From an uncultured Pseudomonadota bacterium (lineage in GTDB: Bacteria; Pseudomonadota; Alphaproteobacteria; RF32; CAG-239), in NCBI GenBank assembly GCA_902494875.1, contig CABUUO010000002.1, positions 32,547 through 96,546 on the forward strand: a stretch of 64,000 nucleotides of DNA. The letters are read 5' to 3'. Within the stretch, counting starts at the first letter, position 1. Each line of letters starts with the position of its first letter. Position numbers and translations under genes: made by a program. This document shows positions 9,568 through 18,508 of the stretch, in pieces. The notes beneath the pieces were generated by a model. It had not been told where the DNA came from and ran no database searches. It saw only the letters and a program-made list of their open reading frames with translations.

Positions 9568-9745
9568 ATGCCGGACCTGATCCGGTATCCAGATCAAACA
9601 TTGATTCCTGCTTCCACTTGGACTCCGAGGCAAGCCCGGAGTGACCCAGCGTGGGCGTGCAGCGCATTATTTGTCATGTTTCGCTACGCTCAACATCCCA
9701 GCCGATTAACAAGGCTGAGGCCCTTCGACAAGCTCAGGGTGACAA
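9568..9745. repeat. Intergenic repeat element, copy A (resembles a small non-autonomous mobile element)
   Basis: Shares conserved blocks with 43268-43465: gccggacctgatccgg, tgacccagcgtgggcgtgc[ag]gcgcattatt, cagccgattaa, gctgag, ttcgaca, tcagggtgacaa. It starts with the palindrome ccggacctgatccgg. Confidence 0.6.
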
Positions 9746-9754
9746 CAAAGACAT

Positions 9755-11194
9755 CTAAAACAGACTATGTATGATTTTTACCATATCCGCCATTTCTATT
9801 TTTTGCGGCAAAGGGTTCACTTTTTGCGACTTGGAATAAACCAGCAGCGGAATATTCCGGTAGCCGAATTCTTCAACGCCGTGGTCTCCGTAAATGACAA
9901 ACAGCGAATCGTCCGGGCTGTTTTCGACCAGCCAACGCAATGACTGATCGACAAAGTTTACGGCATTGTAATAGTCATATTTCCGCTCCGGCGTTTTTGC
10001 AAACAGCGGACGCGGATTGTTTTTAACTTTATACTCGCTATGAGAACTGAGCGTAATGATAAAATTAAAAAGCTTATCATCCGAATGTTTTCGATTTTGT
10101 TTCAAGACAAAGTCAAACAGATCCCTGTCCGATATTCCCCAAAAATCGTCAGGATACCTGTCTTTCATATCCTCGTAGAAATAAATATCTTCATATTGCT
10201 GAGCTCTGACATGAGGACCGCGGTTGAAAAAGTCGGATTTAAAATTATGATAGAAACTCGTATGATATCCATTTGCTTTGGCTTTTTGCGACAGAGATTC
10301 CAAACGCGGCCAAACTTCCTTCGGAAGAAACATATGATAGATGATGGTAAACTCTTTTTCGGTAAAACCGCCGCTGTTCACAAAAAAATCGGTATTGGCA
10401 GAGGCGCCGTGAACCTTCTGGTTGACTTCGGCAAGCGTGCCTTCGGCGGCAAGACCGTTTAGAAACGGCGTCAATTCCCGTCCGTCAACTTTTTTATTGA
10501 TAACGTTATATGTCAGGCTCTCGGTTTGAATGACATAAATATGCCGACTTCCGGGGAAGCTGTATTTTATTTGCGGTTCACTTTCAGACAATTCAATAAT
10601 TTCATCTAAAATTTTACCGCTGCGTTTGCTTATTACCGTCTCATAAAGCCAGCAGGAGCGATAGCCGAAATTGAGGCAGGCATCATTAAAGAAACTCTGA
10701 GAAAAAAACAATATGGATACCGAGGCAAAGCTCGCATATATCAGCAAAGCCAGCGGAATAAGAAAAATCCAGAAAAAACGGCGATATTCTCTCAATATCG
10801 GATAGCAGCGGTTATAAAGCCCAAAATTGCCAAGACCGACAAGCAAAACTATCAAACTTTTATAATTTAAAACCGCTCCCGGAACCTTACTTAAAAACTC
10901 CGCCCCTTCACGATACTGAAACCAGATAATCGACAAAGACAGCGGCGGAACAAAATAGTTATGATACAGCAGCAGTCCCGAAGTTAAGACTATCTGAAAA
11001 GCTAGGGCCAGCCAGACCAAAATCCGGGGAAGAAAAAACAATATGCCCCAGAAACACATTCCGAAGATTAAAATAAAAAATCCGGCGGACATTATGTCCA
11101 AATCTGGAAAATACAATTTATTGGCTACAACGCCTTCCACACCCATCAAAAGTGCCAAAAGCAATATAAAAATGAACTTTTTATTATCTTTCAT
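9755..11194 (-). CDS. Membrane-anchored sulfatase-family transferase (LtaS / phosphoethanolamine- or phosphoglycerol-transferase-like)
   Basis: N-terminal domain with about 5 transmembrane helices. The C-terminal domain is alkaline-phosphatase/sulfatase-like (…LSSHSEYK…, VIYGDHG). It sits between the pilin genes and the PilT-like ATPase. Confidence 0.6.
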   Translation of the reverse strand: MKDNKKFIFILLLALLMGVEGVVANKLYFPDLDIMSAGFFILIFGMCFWGILFFLPRILVWLALAFQIVLTSGLLLYHNYFVPPLSLSIIWFQYREGAEFLSKVPGAVLNYKSLIVLLVGLGNFGLYNRCYPILREYRRFFWIFLIPLALLIYASFASVSILFFSQSFFNDACLNFGYRSCWLYETVISKRSGKILDEIIELSESEPQIKYSFPGSRHIYVIQTESLTYNVINKKVDGRELTPFLNGLAAEGTLAEVNQKVHGASANTDFFVNSGGFTEKEFTIIYHMFLPKEVWPRLESLSQKAKANGYHTSFYHNFKSDFFNRGPHVRAQQYEDIYFYEDMKDRYPDDFWGISDRDLFDFVLKQNRKHSDDKLFNFIITLSSHSEYKVKNNPRPLFAKTPERKYDYYNAVNFVDQSLRWLVENSPDDSLFVIYGDHGVEEFGYRNIPLLVYSKSQKVNPLPQKIEMADMVKIIHSLF

Positions 11195-11244
11195 ACTCTC
11201 TGCCGGCCTTTATTTAACAATTTATTTACTGAACTATATGACAA

Positions 11245-12252
11245 TTGAAAAAGATTGTACAGTTTATTTACAGAAAGTGTGATTATATGGTTAAACTAAA
11301 CAGTATCCGGTTTTCTGACATCTATATTACGCCGGACAAAACCTGCTTTATTCCCGACGGCGTGACCCAGAACGGTCTGGCCATTATCAAACCCGAAGAT
11401 TTTGACGTTTTTTATAATTTGATTGAGGAATCTTGGGACGGAGAAAATCCCAGCTATTCGGTACTGTATGAAAACATATTTTACCGCGTTGAACGCACCG
11501 TAGCCATTTACGGCGTTCAATACTGCGCCCGAAAGATGCCCGAGAAAGTGCCGCCGCTGGCGGCTCTTAACTTTCCGCGCGAACTGTGCCGTCATCTGCT
11601 TTCGCTCAGTTCGGCCAGCGGCCTGATTTTATGGTCAGGACCGACCGGCGCAGGAAAAACGACTTCCATCTCCGGACTGCTGAAAGAATATCTGACCATG
11701 GAAGGCGGTTTTGCCTATACTATCGAAGACCCAACCGAAATGCCTTTGGACGGCATTTACAAATCAATGAAAGGCGGCTTGGGACTTTGTAAACAAACCC
11801 AGCCGGTTAACGGCAACTGGGGTGCTTCGCTGAAGTCTGCCCTGCGTTCAAAACCACGTTTCATTTTCGTCGGCGAAATCCGCACGCCGGATACGGCCAG
11901 CGAAGTTCTGCGCGCCGCAACTTCAGGCCATCTGGTTTTATCGACCATCCACGCCAACAACATTGCCGACGCCATTAACTCGGTAGTTAAATATGCCTCT
12001 TCCACGACCATGAGCGAAGAACTGGCCTATGACCTGTTTTCACGCGGCATTCTCGGCGTAATGCACCAAACGCTGATCGGCGTTCATGACAAAAGACCGG
12101 CAATCAATTATCTATTTGCCAATCCGGATACGACCAAGGGCGACCAAGTCCGCGGCATTATCAAAGGCGGCAATCTCAATCTCGGAACATCCATTGAAAC
12201 GCAGATGACCAGAATGCGCAAAGGAATGAGCCTGTTTCCCGACTTGTCTTAA
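11245..12252 (+). CDS. PilT/PilU-like pilus retraction ATPase
   Basis: 335 aa with Walker A motif SGPTGAGKTTS and the conserved Asp/His boxes of PilT-class ATPases. An alternative start is at 11287. Confidence 0.7.
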   Translation: MKKIVQFIYRKCDYMVKLNSIRFSDIYITPDKTCFIPDGVTQNGLAIIKPEDFDVFYNLIEESWDGENPSYSVLYENIFYRVERTVAIYGVQYCARKMPEKVPPLAALNFPRELCRHLLSLSSASGLILWSGPTGAGKTTSISGLLKEYLTMEGGFAYTIEDPTEMPLDGIYKSMKGGLGLCKQTQPVNGNWGASLKSALRSKPRFIFVGEIRTPDTASEVLRAATSGHLVLSTIHANNIADAINSVVKYASSTTMSEELAYDLFSRGILGVMHQTLIGVHDKRPAINYLFANPDTTKGDQVRGIIKGGNLNLGTSIETQMTRMRKGMSLFPDLS

Positions 12253-12283
12253 AAAAAAGCCGCTTAAAAGCGGCTTTTTTTTA
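12251..12283. terminator. Bidirectional terminator between the PilT-like gene and gpt
   Basis: A-run, gccgc-ttaaaa-gcggc, then a T-run. Confidence 0.6.
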
Positions 12284-12712
12284 ATCCCAGGGGAAAACGA
12301 TCCATTCGTCCGGCATTTCTTTTTCATAGATATCGACAACCGGTGCTCCGGCAGATTTGGCATAAACCGTTACATATTTGGCCTGCGGATAAATGGCCCG
12401 CAAAATGCGAAACGTACGGCCGCTGTCTGACAAATCGTCGACAATCAGCGTTTTTTCGTTTACGGTACCGGGATGGCCGGAAATCTCAATATCTTCGTCG
12501 GCGCGGCGGTCATAGTTATTGTCATAGCTGGCAATATTGATTGACTGCGTATTGCGGATATTCAGCTCATAGGCTATTATACCGGCCGGCAGCAGACCGC
12601 CGCGGCTGATGGCGACAATTTTATCATATTCGCCGGAAGCTTTGATTTTTTGGCACAGTTTTTTGGTATGTTGATGAAATTCATCCCATTTAATATAAAT
12701 CTTATCAGTCAT
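12281..12712 (-). CDS. gpt: Xanthine-guanine phosphoribosyltransferase
   Basis: Full-length similarity to E. coli Gpt recalled from memory (IVAISRGGLLPAG..., VDDLSDSGRT...). 143 aa. Confidence 0.8.
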   Translation of the reverse strand: MTDKIYIKWDEFHQHTKKLCQKIKASGEYDKIVAISRGGLLPAGIIAYELNIRNTQSINIASYDNNYDRRADEDIEISGHPGTVNEKTLIVDDLSDSGRTFRILRAIYPQAKYVTVYAKSAGAPVVDIYEKEMPDEWIVFPWD

Positions 12713-12720
12713 AGGCAGTT

Positions 12721-13251
12721 TTATCCGTGTTGGGCTTTCAGTTTGTAAATATATTCAATAACATCTTCGTCATCCCAGTCTGCACTGCCGCGAATCCGGC
12801 CGATTTCCTCACCGCTTTTGTTGATGAGAACTGTATGCGGAGAGGTGAAAACACCGAGATCTTCCGCCAGCTTTCCGTCTTTGTCGGTATAAAACTCAAC
12901 ATCGGGAGCCTTGAATTTTTCAAGAAAACGACGCTGTTCTCCGGCATCGGCCCATTCTTCTTCCGGAGAAAGGAGAAGCAGACGAATGCCGTTGCCTTTG
13001 GTCTTTTGCGTAAATCCATTCAGGCTTTCAAGCTCTTTGATGCAGGGTGTGCAATGACGGGACCATAAATTGAGCAAAACAAAATCACCCTTGAAATCAG
13101 CTATTTTTACCTTGTGGCCGGCTTCGTCATAAATGGCACGGTCGGGCATCGGACGCGGGTAGTCAAAGATATTTACGGCATCTTTCGCAGACGCATCGAA
13201 ACAGAACAAAAAAGCCAATAAAATCCATTTTGCATATTTTTTGACTATCAT
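12721..13251 (-). CDS. Periplasmic thiol-disulfide oxidoreductase, TlpA/ResA-like thioredoxin fold
   Basis: Signal peptide and a WSRHCTPC (CxxC) active-site motif. Confidence 0.65.
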   Translation of the reverse strand: MIVKKYAKWILLAFLFCFDASAKDAVNIFDYPRPMPDRAIYDEAGHKVKIADFKGDFVLLNLWSRHCTPCIKELESLNGFTQKTKGNGIRLLLLSPEEEWADAGEQRRFLEKFKAPDVEFYTDKDGKLAEDLGVFTSPHTVLINKSGEEIGRIRGSADWDDEDVIEYIYKLKAQHG

Positions 13252-13325
13252 CTATTAATAACTTCTTTTTTTGGTTTTGATTAAACTCTGATTAAGAGTA
13301 TATAGGTATTATACCTAAATAAACA

Positions 13326-13478
13326 ATGAAAAAAGGCCTGATGATGAAAAAAATAATGCGATATATGCTGGCAGCCGTTGTAATTTCGACAATTTTTGCA
13401 ATTACGGCCTGCGGAAAAGTTTCCGGCGCAGTTCCGATTGAAGGCAGCGGCTATCCGCATACATATCCCCGCCGATAA
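13326..13478 (+). CDS. Small lipoprotein (50 aa) upstream of the vWA gene
   Basis: MKKGLMMKKIMRYMLAAVVISTIFAITACGK... with a lipobox. It is not in the ORF track because it is under 60 aa. Confidence 0.3.
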   Translation: MKKGLMMKKIMRYMLAAVVISTIFAITACGKVSGAVPIEGSGYPHTYPRR

Positions 13479-13497
13479 GACTTTTGAGGAGCGTAAT

Positions 13498-14190
13498 ATG
13501 GTTTCTGCCGACGATAATTTTATTGATGAGATGATTCCTTATGTGGAATTTGCCGATAACGCCAACGAACGGACTCCGTGCGTGCTGGTTTTGGACTGTT
13601 CGGGCTCAATGCGCGGCGAACCGATTAAACAGCTCAATGCCGGACTGAAAGCTCTGGAAAAGGAACTCAAAGAAGACATCGACGCCAGTTCGAGAGTGCA
13701 GCTCCTGATTATCAAAGCTTTCGGCAAAGATGAGGCTGTGGTCTCTTCCGACTGGATTGACGCCATGAACTTTACGGCTCCGACCATGGAAGCAGGCGGA
13801 CTGACCCCGCTCGGCAAAGCCATGGAGCTGGCATTGCAAAAGATTGAAGAACAAAAATGCCTGTATGACAGCTGCGGCATTACGTCTAAACGGCCGTGGA
13901 TTTTTCTTATCAGCGACGGAGAACCGACCGATTATGACTGGGAGATCATTGCTGAAAAATGCCGTTATGCCCAGCAGAACAAAAAGGTGGTCGTCCATGC
14001 CGTAGGCACGCAAGGCGCCAACCTTGAAAAACTGGCCAAATTTTCGATTATGTCGCCCAAACGTCTGACCGGACTGAAATTTACCGAATTTTTCCTCTGG
14101 CTCAGCCGCAGCGTTTCCTGCATATCCAAAGCGGCTCCGAATGTTCCGGATTTATTAGAAGATACTGGCGACTGGGATGAAGACAAATAA
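13498..14190 (+). CDS. von Willebrand factor A domain protein (YegL-like)
   Basis: Metal-binding motif DCSGSM, typical of vWA. The start was chosen at MVSADD because a GAGGAG ribosome-binding site lies 7 nt upstream. About 230 aa. Confidence 0.75.
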   Translation: MVSADDNFIDEMIPYVEFADNANERTPCVLVLDCSGSMRGEPIKQLNAGLKALEKELKEDIDASSRVQLLIIKAFGKDEAVVSSDWIDAMNFTAPTMEAGGLTPLGKAMELALQKIEEQKCLYDSCGITSKRPWIFLISDGEPTDYDWEIIAEKCRYAQQNKKVVVHAVGTQGANLEKLAKFSIMSPKRLTGLKFTEFFLWLSRSVSCISKAAPNVPDLLEDTGDWDEDK

Positions 14191-14920
14191 AATCAAAGTA
14201 ATTGCCTCAAGCATCCGCGGGCCTCTGCACATAAACAAGGGCCTGCCTTGTCAGGACTGCTTTCGTTATTCCCGCGGCGGAAAAAATTTCGTCGCGGTGG
14301 TTTCCGATGGTGCAGGTTCGGCAAAATTCGGCAGAAACGGTGCAAAAATCGTTTGCGAAACCCTGATTGACCTGCTGAAAAACGCTCCGTTTTCCGATGC
14401 TAAAAAACATATTCGGAAAGCCATAGGCATTGCACGGGAAAAACTGGAAAGGCACCGTTTCAACAAGACCAAAGACGAAAAGGGAATCATGGATTTTTCG
14501 GCAACCGTGGTCGGTGTCATCTGCAATAAGAATCAGGGCCTGTTTTTCCATATCGGCGACGGTGCGGCACTGGCTTTTCGGGACGGGGAATATGAAAGAT
14601 TTACCGCTTCTCCTCCCGAAAACGGCAATTTTTCATGCGAAACCTATTTTTATACCCAGCCTGACTGGGAAAGAAATCTGCGCTTTACGGCTTTTGAAAA
14701 CGCCGATACCGTTTTTCTGATGAGCGACGGGCTGACCAATTTTTCCTTTGCACAGGATTACCAAAGCATTGAAAAAGGATTTATTCTGCCGATTAACAAG
14801 TTTTTGAACGAAACCGGCAGCAAGCCCAAGGCTGAAAGAGCCTTGGCCAATACGCTGAACAACGCGGAAGCCAGAAGGCTGAATTCTGATGACAAGACTC
14901 TTTTATGGGCGAGGCTATAA
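14177..14920 (+). CDS. PP2C-family Ser/Thr phosphatase (YegK/PphC-like)
   Basis: PCQDCF..., VVSDGAGS, MSDGL are PP2C metal-binding motifs. The gene overlaps the vWA gene by 14 nt. Confidence 0.7.
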   Translation: MKTNKIKVIASSIRGPLHINKGLPCQDCFRYSRGGKNFVAVVSDGAGSAKFGRNGAKIVCETLIDLLKNAPFSDAKKHIRKAIGIAREKLERHRFNKTKDEKGIMDFSATVVGVICNKNQGLFFHIGDGAALAFRDGEYERFTASPPENGNFSCETYFYTQPDWERNLRFTAFENADTVFLMSDGLTNFSFAQDYQSIEKGFILPINKFLNETGSKPKAERALANTLNNAEARRLNSDDKTLLWARL

Positions 14921-14922
14921 TC

Positions 14923-16386
14923 ATGGAAAACAGCAACGAATCCGTTGAATATAATGCCATTTACGGCGACGGGCATTTCGAAAAAATCAAACTCGGCGAA
15001 CTCATCAATAAAGGCGGTGCGGCCGGCAAAATTTATCTTAACGCCAATAACCCCAATATGGTGGCCAAGATTTTTCATAATCGCGGCAAAAGTTCCACCA
15101 ACCGACAGAAGCTGGAGGCAATGCTCTTAAACCGGCCCCATTTTCCGGCTGCAGTCAAAGACGGCGTAAACTATGTGCAGATCGCCTGGCCAGAAGCGAT
15201 GCTTGAGGACGAAGACGGCTTTTGCGTCGGTTATCTGATGCCGCTGATTAAAATGAGTGACGCCGTTTCGCTTGACCACCTGATGCAAAAAGCCATTCGC
15301 AAAAAACTGAAACTGCCGGAAAGTTATGCCTACAGGATATTTGCAGCCTACAATCTGGCGTCAATGGTAACGGCACTGCATAAATGCGGACATTATATCG
15401 TCGATATGAAACCTTCCAACGTTTCGGTATACAAAGACAACATGATGGTGGCCATGGTTGACTGCGACGGCTTTTCCATAAAAGGGGAAAAGAACCGTTA
15501 TCCGGCCGAATTTGTCAGCGAAGAATACATTTACCCCGAGGGAATGGAACAATCCTGCGACGAAATGGGCGAGGAGCAGGATAAATTTGCCCTGGCAGTA
15601 ATCATTTTCAAACTTCTGAATAACGGCATTCATCCATTTTCAGGCGTTCCGCGCAAAAACGACGCCGAAATGCTGACCATTCAGAATCGGATTGAACAAT
15701 ATCATTACGCCTATGGCCTGTGGCCGGACACATATCAGGCGCCGCACCCCTACTCGATTCACGAATATTTTGACAAAGCTACGCTGGAATTGTTTGAACG
15801 GGCTTTTGCCAAAGGCGGAGAACGCCCCAGCGCCTACGAATGGCAGGAACATCTGTGGAAGCTGATGCATCATTTGAAAACCTGTAAAAAAGACGCCAAT
15901 CATGTTTATTTTACGTCCAAAGGCTGCGGCCTTTGCATGGTGGAAGAAAAATTTCATCATGACATGAGCGATCTACGCAGACAAAAATCAACCCCAGAGA
16001 CGGTTCGGGGGCTGGAAATCGAATCTCTGAAACTGGAAAATCTGCAAAAAAACAAAAAGGAAAAACTGGCTTTTGACAACAAAATGCAATTGATTTCCGG
16101 CGCGGCTCTGGTGATTTATATGTTGTTTTTTGCCTTTTTATACAAGCTGCTGCTGCCGGCGGCCGATCATATTTTGCAAATGGGGATCGGCCTACAGGCG
16201 ATTGTTGTTACCCTGACAATGCTCGGCATTAACAGTCTGTTTAAAAAATATTACGAACTGCTGCCGATTTTAAAAAATCGAACCATTACCCAGATGCTGC
16301 AGGTCTATGCGCTGATCTGCATCATCATTGCCTTAGTTTCAATTAACGATATTCCCAAAAATTTACTGGATTTAGCCGCCGATTAA
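14923..16386 (+). CDS. Hanks-type Ser/Thr protein kinase with C-terminal membrane region (YegI-like)
   Basis: Glycine-rich loop GGAAGKIY, a VAKIF lysine, catalytic loop VDMKPSN and a DCDGF segment in place of DFG. The C-terminal 120 aa have 3-4 hydrophobic helices. The start is immediately after the PP2C stop. Confidence 0.7.
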   Translation: MENSNESVEYNAIYGDGHFEKIKLGELINKGGAAGKIYLNANNPNMVAKIFHNRGKSSTNRQKLEAMLLNRPHFPAAVKDGVNYVQIAWPEAMLEDEDGFCVGYLMPLIKMSDAVSLDHLMQKAIRKKLKLPESYAYRIFAAYNLASMVTALHKCGHYIVDMKPSNVSVYKDNMMVAMVDCDGFSIKGEKNRYPAEFVSEEYIYPEGMEQSCDEMGEEQDKFALAVIIFKLLNNGIHPFSGVPRKNDAEMLTIQNRIEQYHYAYGLWPDTYQAPHPYSIHEYFDKATLELFERAFAKGGERPSAYEWQEHLWKLMHHLKTCKKDANHVYFTSKGCGLCMVEEKFHHDMSDLRRQKSTPETVRGLEIESLKLENLQKNKKEKLAFDNKMQLISGAALVIYMLFFAFLYKLLLPAADHILQMGIGLQAIVVTLTMLGINSLFKKYYELLPILKNRTITQMLQVYALICIIIALVSINDIPKNLLDLAAD

Positions 16387-16491
16387 AAAAATGCCGTAAT
16401 TTTTTTTCGCATATAGTTGATTTTTGACTCTACAAAAAATATTATTATGGTATTGTAACACAGTTAAAAATATAAATTAGAGGATAAAACT

Positions 16492-17880
16492 TTGAAGACA
16501 CTAAATCCCATAATGATTTCCGGCAAGGAAGTCCTGCCTCTGGTAGAAGGCGGCAAAGGCATCAACGGTTCTGACGGCAGAAGCAGCGGCGCCTGGGCAC
16601 ACGAAAACTGCGTCGGCACTTTTTCCGGCGTCAGCCCTGACTACTATGACGGTTTCGGAAACGTTATTTTGGAAAAATATTTTAAGAAAAGCCGCAAAGA
16701 GCGTCATGACGAAATGATTGAACAATCCATCAAAGGCGGCATTGCCCAAGCACAGATTGCGCACGAAGTTTCCGGCGGAAACGGACGCATTCACATGAAT
16801 ATGCTGTGGGAACTCGGCGGCTCCGAACAGATTTTAACCGGCGTTCTGGAAAAGGCCAAAGGACTGATTCACGGCGTTACCTGCGGAGCCGGCCTGCCCT
16901 ACAAACTGGGGGAAATCGCTTCCCGCTTCGGCGTCTATTATTACCCGATTGTCTCTTCGGCACGCGCTTTTCAGGTTTTATGGAAAAGAGCCTATGCCAA
17001 TTTCAAAGAGTTTTTGGGCGGCGTGGTTTATGAAGATCCATGGCTGGCCGGCGGACATAACGGCCTTTCCAATGCCGAAGACCCAAACAAACCGCAGTCT
17101 CCGTACGAACGCCTGGTTGAGCTGCGCAGAGTTATGAACAATCTGGGCCTCAGCAATCTGCCGATTATCATGGCCGGCGGCATCTGGTCGCTGAAAGATT
17201 GGGAAGACTACATCGACAATCCGGACATCGGCAAAATCGCGTTTCAGTTCGGCACCCGACCGATGATCACCAAAGAAAGTCCCATCAGCGAAGCCTGGAA
17301 AAAGGTGATGATGCAAGTGAAAAAAGGCGACGTTATTTTACAAAAATTCAGTCCGACCGGTTTTTTCTCTTCGGCAATAAAAAATACATTCCTTGAAAAA
17401 CTGATTGAGCGCAAAAACGGTGAAATTGCATATTCAACGGAACAAAATCCCGAATTTTGCTTCCCGTTGAAAATCAGCGAAAACAAAACCTATTACATTC
17501 GCGCCGAAGACGTTGAAAAAGCTAACCGACAGAAACAGGCAGGGCTGACCGAAATAAAGGAAACGCCGGACAACACGGTGGTCTTTATGACGCCGGAAGA
17601 CTGGAAACAGATGAAAGAAGACCGCGCCAACTGCGTAGGCTGCCTGTCACAGTGCCAGTTTTCAACATGGTCACAGGCACACGGCACGACCGGAAAAATT
17701 CCGGATCCGCGTTCCTACTGCATTCACAAGACGCTTTATGAGGTCAGCCACAACGGCAGCATTAAAGACAACCTTCTGTTTGCCGGACATCAGGTTTACC
17801 GTTTTGCAACGGATCCATTGTATCGCAACGGCATTCCTTCGGTAAAAGAACTGATTGAAAAAATCAAATCAGGAGAATAG
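16492..17880 (+). CDS. FMN-dependent oxidoreductase, nitronate monooxygenase / FabK-like (PF03060-like), long form
   Basis: TIM-barrel flavoenzyme motifs (VTCGAGLPY, IMAGGIWS). 462 aa with a TTG or downstream ATG start. Confidence 0.4.
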   Translation: MKTLNPIMISGKEVLPLVEGGKGINGSDGRSSGAWAHENCVGTFSGVSPDYYDGFGNVILEKYFKKSRKERHDEMIEQSIKGGIAQAQIAHEVSGGNGRIHMNMLWELGGSEQILTGVLEKAKGLIHGVTCGAGLPYKLGEIASRFGVYYYPIVSSARAFQVLWKRAYANFKEFLGGVVYEDPWLAGGHNGLSNAEDPNKPQSPYERLVELRRVMNNLGLSNLPIIMAGGIWSLKDWEDYIDNPDIGKIAFQFGTRPMITKESPISEAWKKVMMQVKKGDVILQKFSPTGFFSSAIKNTFLEKLIERKNGEIAYSTEQNPEFCFPLKISENKTYYIRAEDVEKANRQKQAGLTEIKETPDNTVVFMTPEDWKQMKEDRANCVGCLSQCQFSTWSQAHGTTGKIPDPRSYCIHKTLYEVSHNGSIKDNLLFAGHQVYRFATDPLYRNGIPSVKELIEKIKSGE

Positions 17881-17887
17881 TTCCGAT

Positions 17888-17919
17888 AAAAAAGCCCTGA
17901 ATTATCAGGGCTTTTTTTA
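17888..17919. terminator. Bidirectional Rho-independent terminator
   Basis: aaaaaagccctga-atta-tcagggcttttttt. Confidence 0.65.
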
Positions 17920-18423
17920 ATCAATTACTTCATTCGGATAAACGCCGAAAAGGTTGCTTTTGGGAATCCAGCCTTCGACACTGGCAAACTGAACCCGGCA
18001 AAAAGCATTGTCTGCCGGACATTTTATCACCTCGCCGACAACTTCGTCTTCAACCTTGGCAATGATCCGGGACTTATAGTCAGCTTTATTGTAAATGTTG
18101 TTTTCTCCGGGCGTAATAACCTTAACAAAACGCTTGCCGGCAAGCATGGACTTGTGCACCCAGGATTCCGACCCTTGCCAGTCTTTTATTTTGCGCCACA
18201 GTTCAAATTCAGCCCGGATTTCAACCGGAGCGTTTTTCTGCATGTAAACCCATTCTATCGGGTAACGGGCACCGGGACCGGAACGGGCATTGATATAATT
18301 TGAGCGCAGAGACGCAAAACGCGGCAGCGCCAAACCGCTTTCGCCGTCATCGGGGAGGGTTTGCGCCTGAGCGGACGTCATCGCCAGCATCAGGCTGAAA
18401 ATTGCCGTAAAAACCGCCTTCAT
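17917..18423 (-). CDS. Secreted protein with two bacterial SH3-like domains
   Basis: Signal peptide ending AQA. It has two repeats of an ...ARSGPG... / ...GW(V/I)...S.L pattern. Confidence 0.5.
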   Translation of the reverse strand: MKAVFTAIFSLMLAMTSAQAQTLPDDGESGLALPRFASLRSNYINARSGPGARYPIEWVYMQKNAPVEIRAEFELWRKIKDWQGSESWVHKSMLAGKRFVKVITPGENNIYNKADYKSRIIAKVEDEVVGEVIKCPADNAFCRVQFASVEGWIPKSNLFGVYPNEVID

Positions 18424-18508
18424 TTGATCCTCTTTTAATTATTTATTATTTTATTTGAGATAATTATAACTACATATATTAAACAAAACGTAAAAAATTG
18501 AGAGAGGA

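Noticed and set aside
9526-9774. 82-aa ORF inside the intergenic repeat copy A
   Set aside because: It lies wholly within a dispersed non-coding repeat. The second copy does not keep the reading frame.
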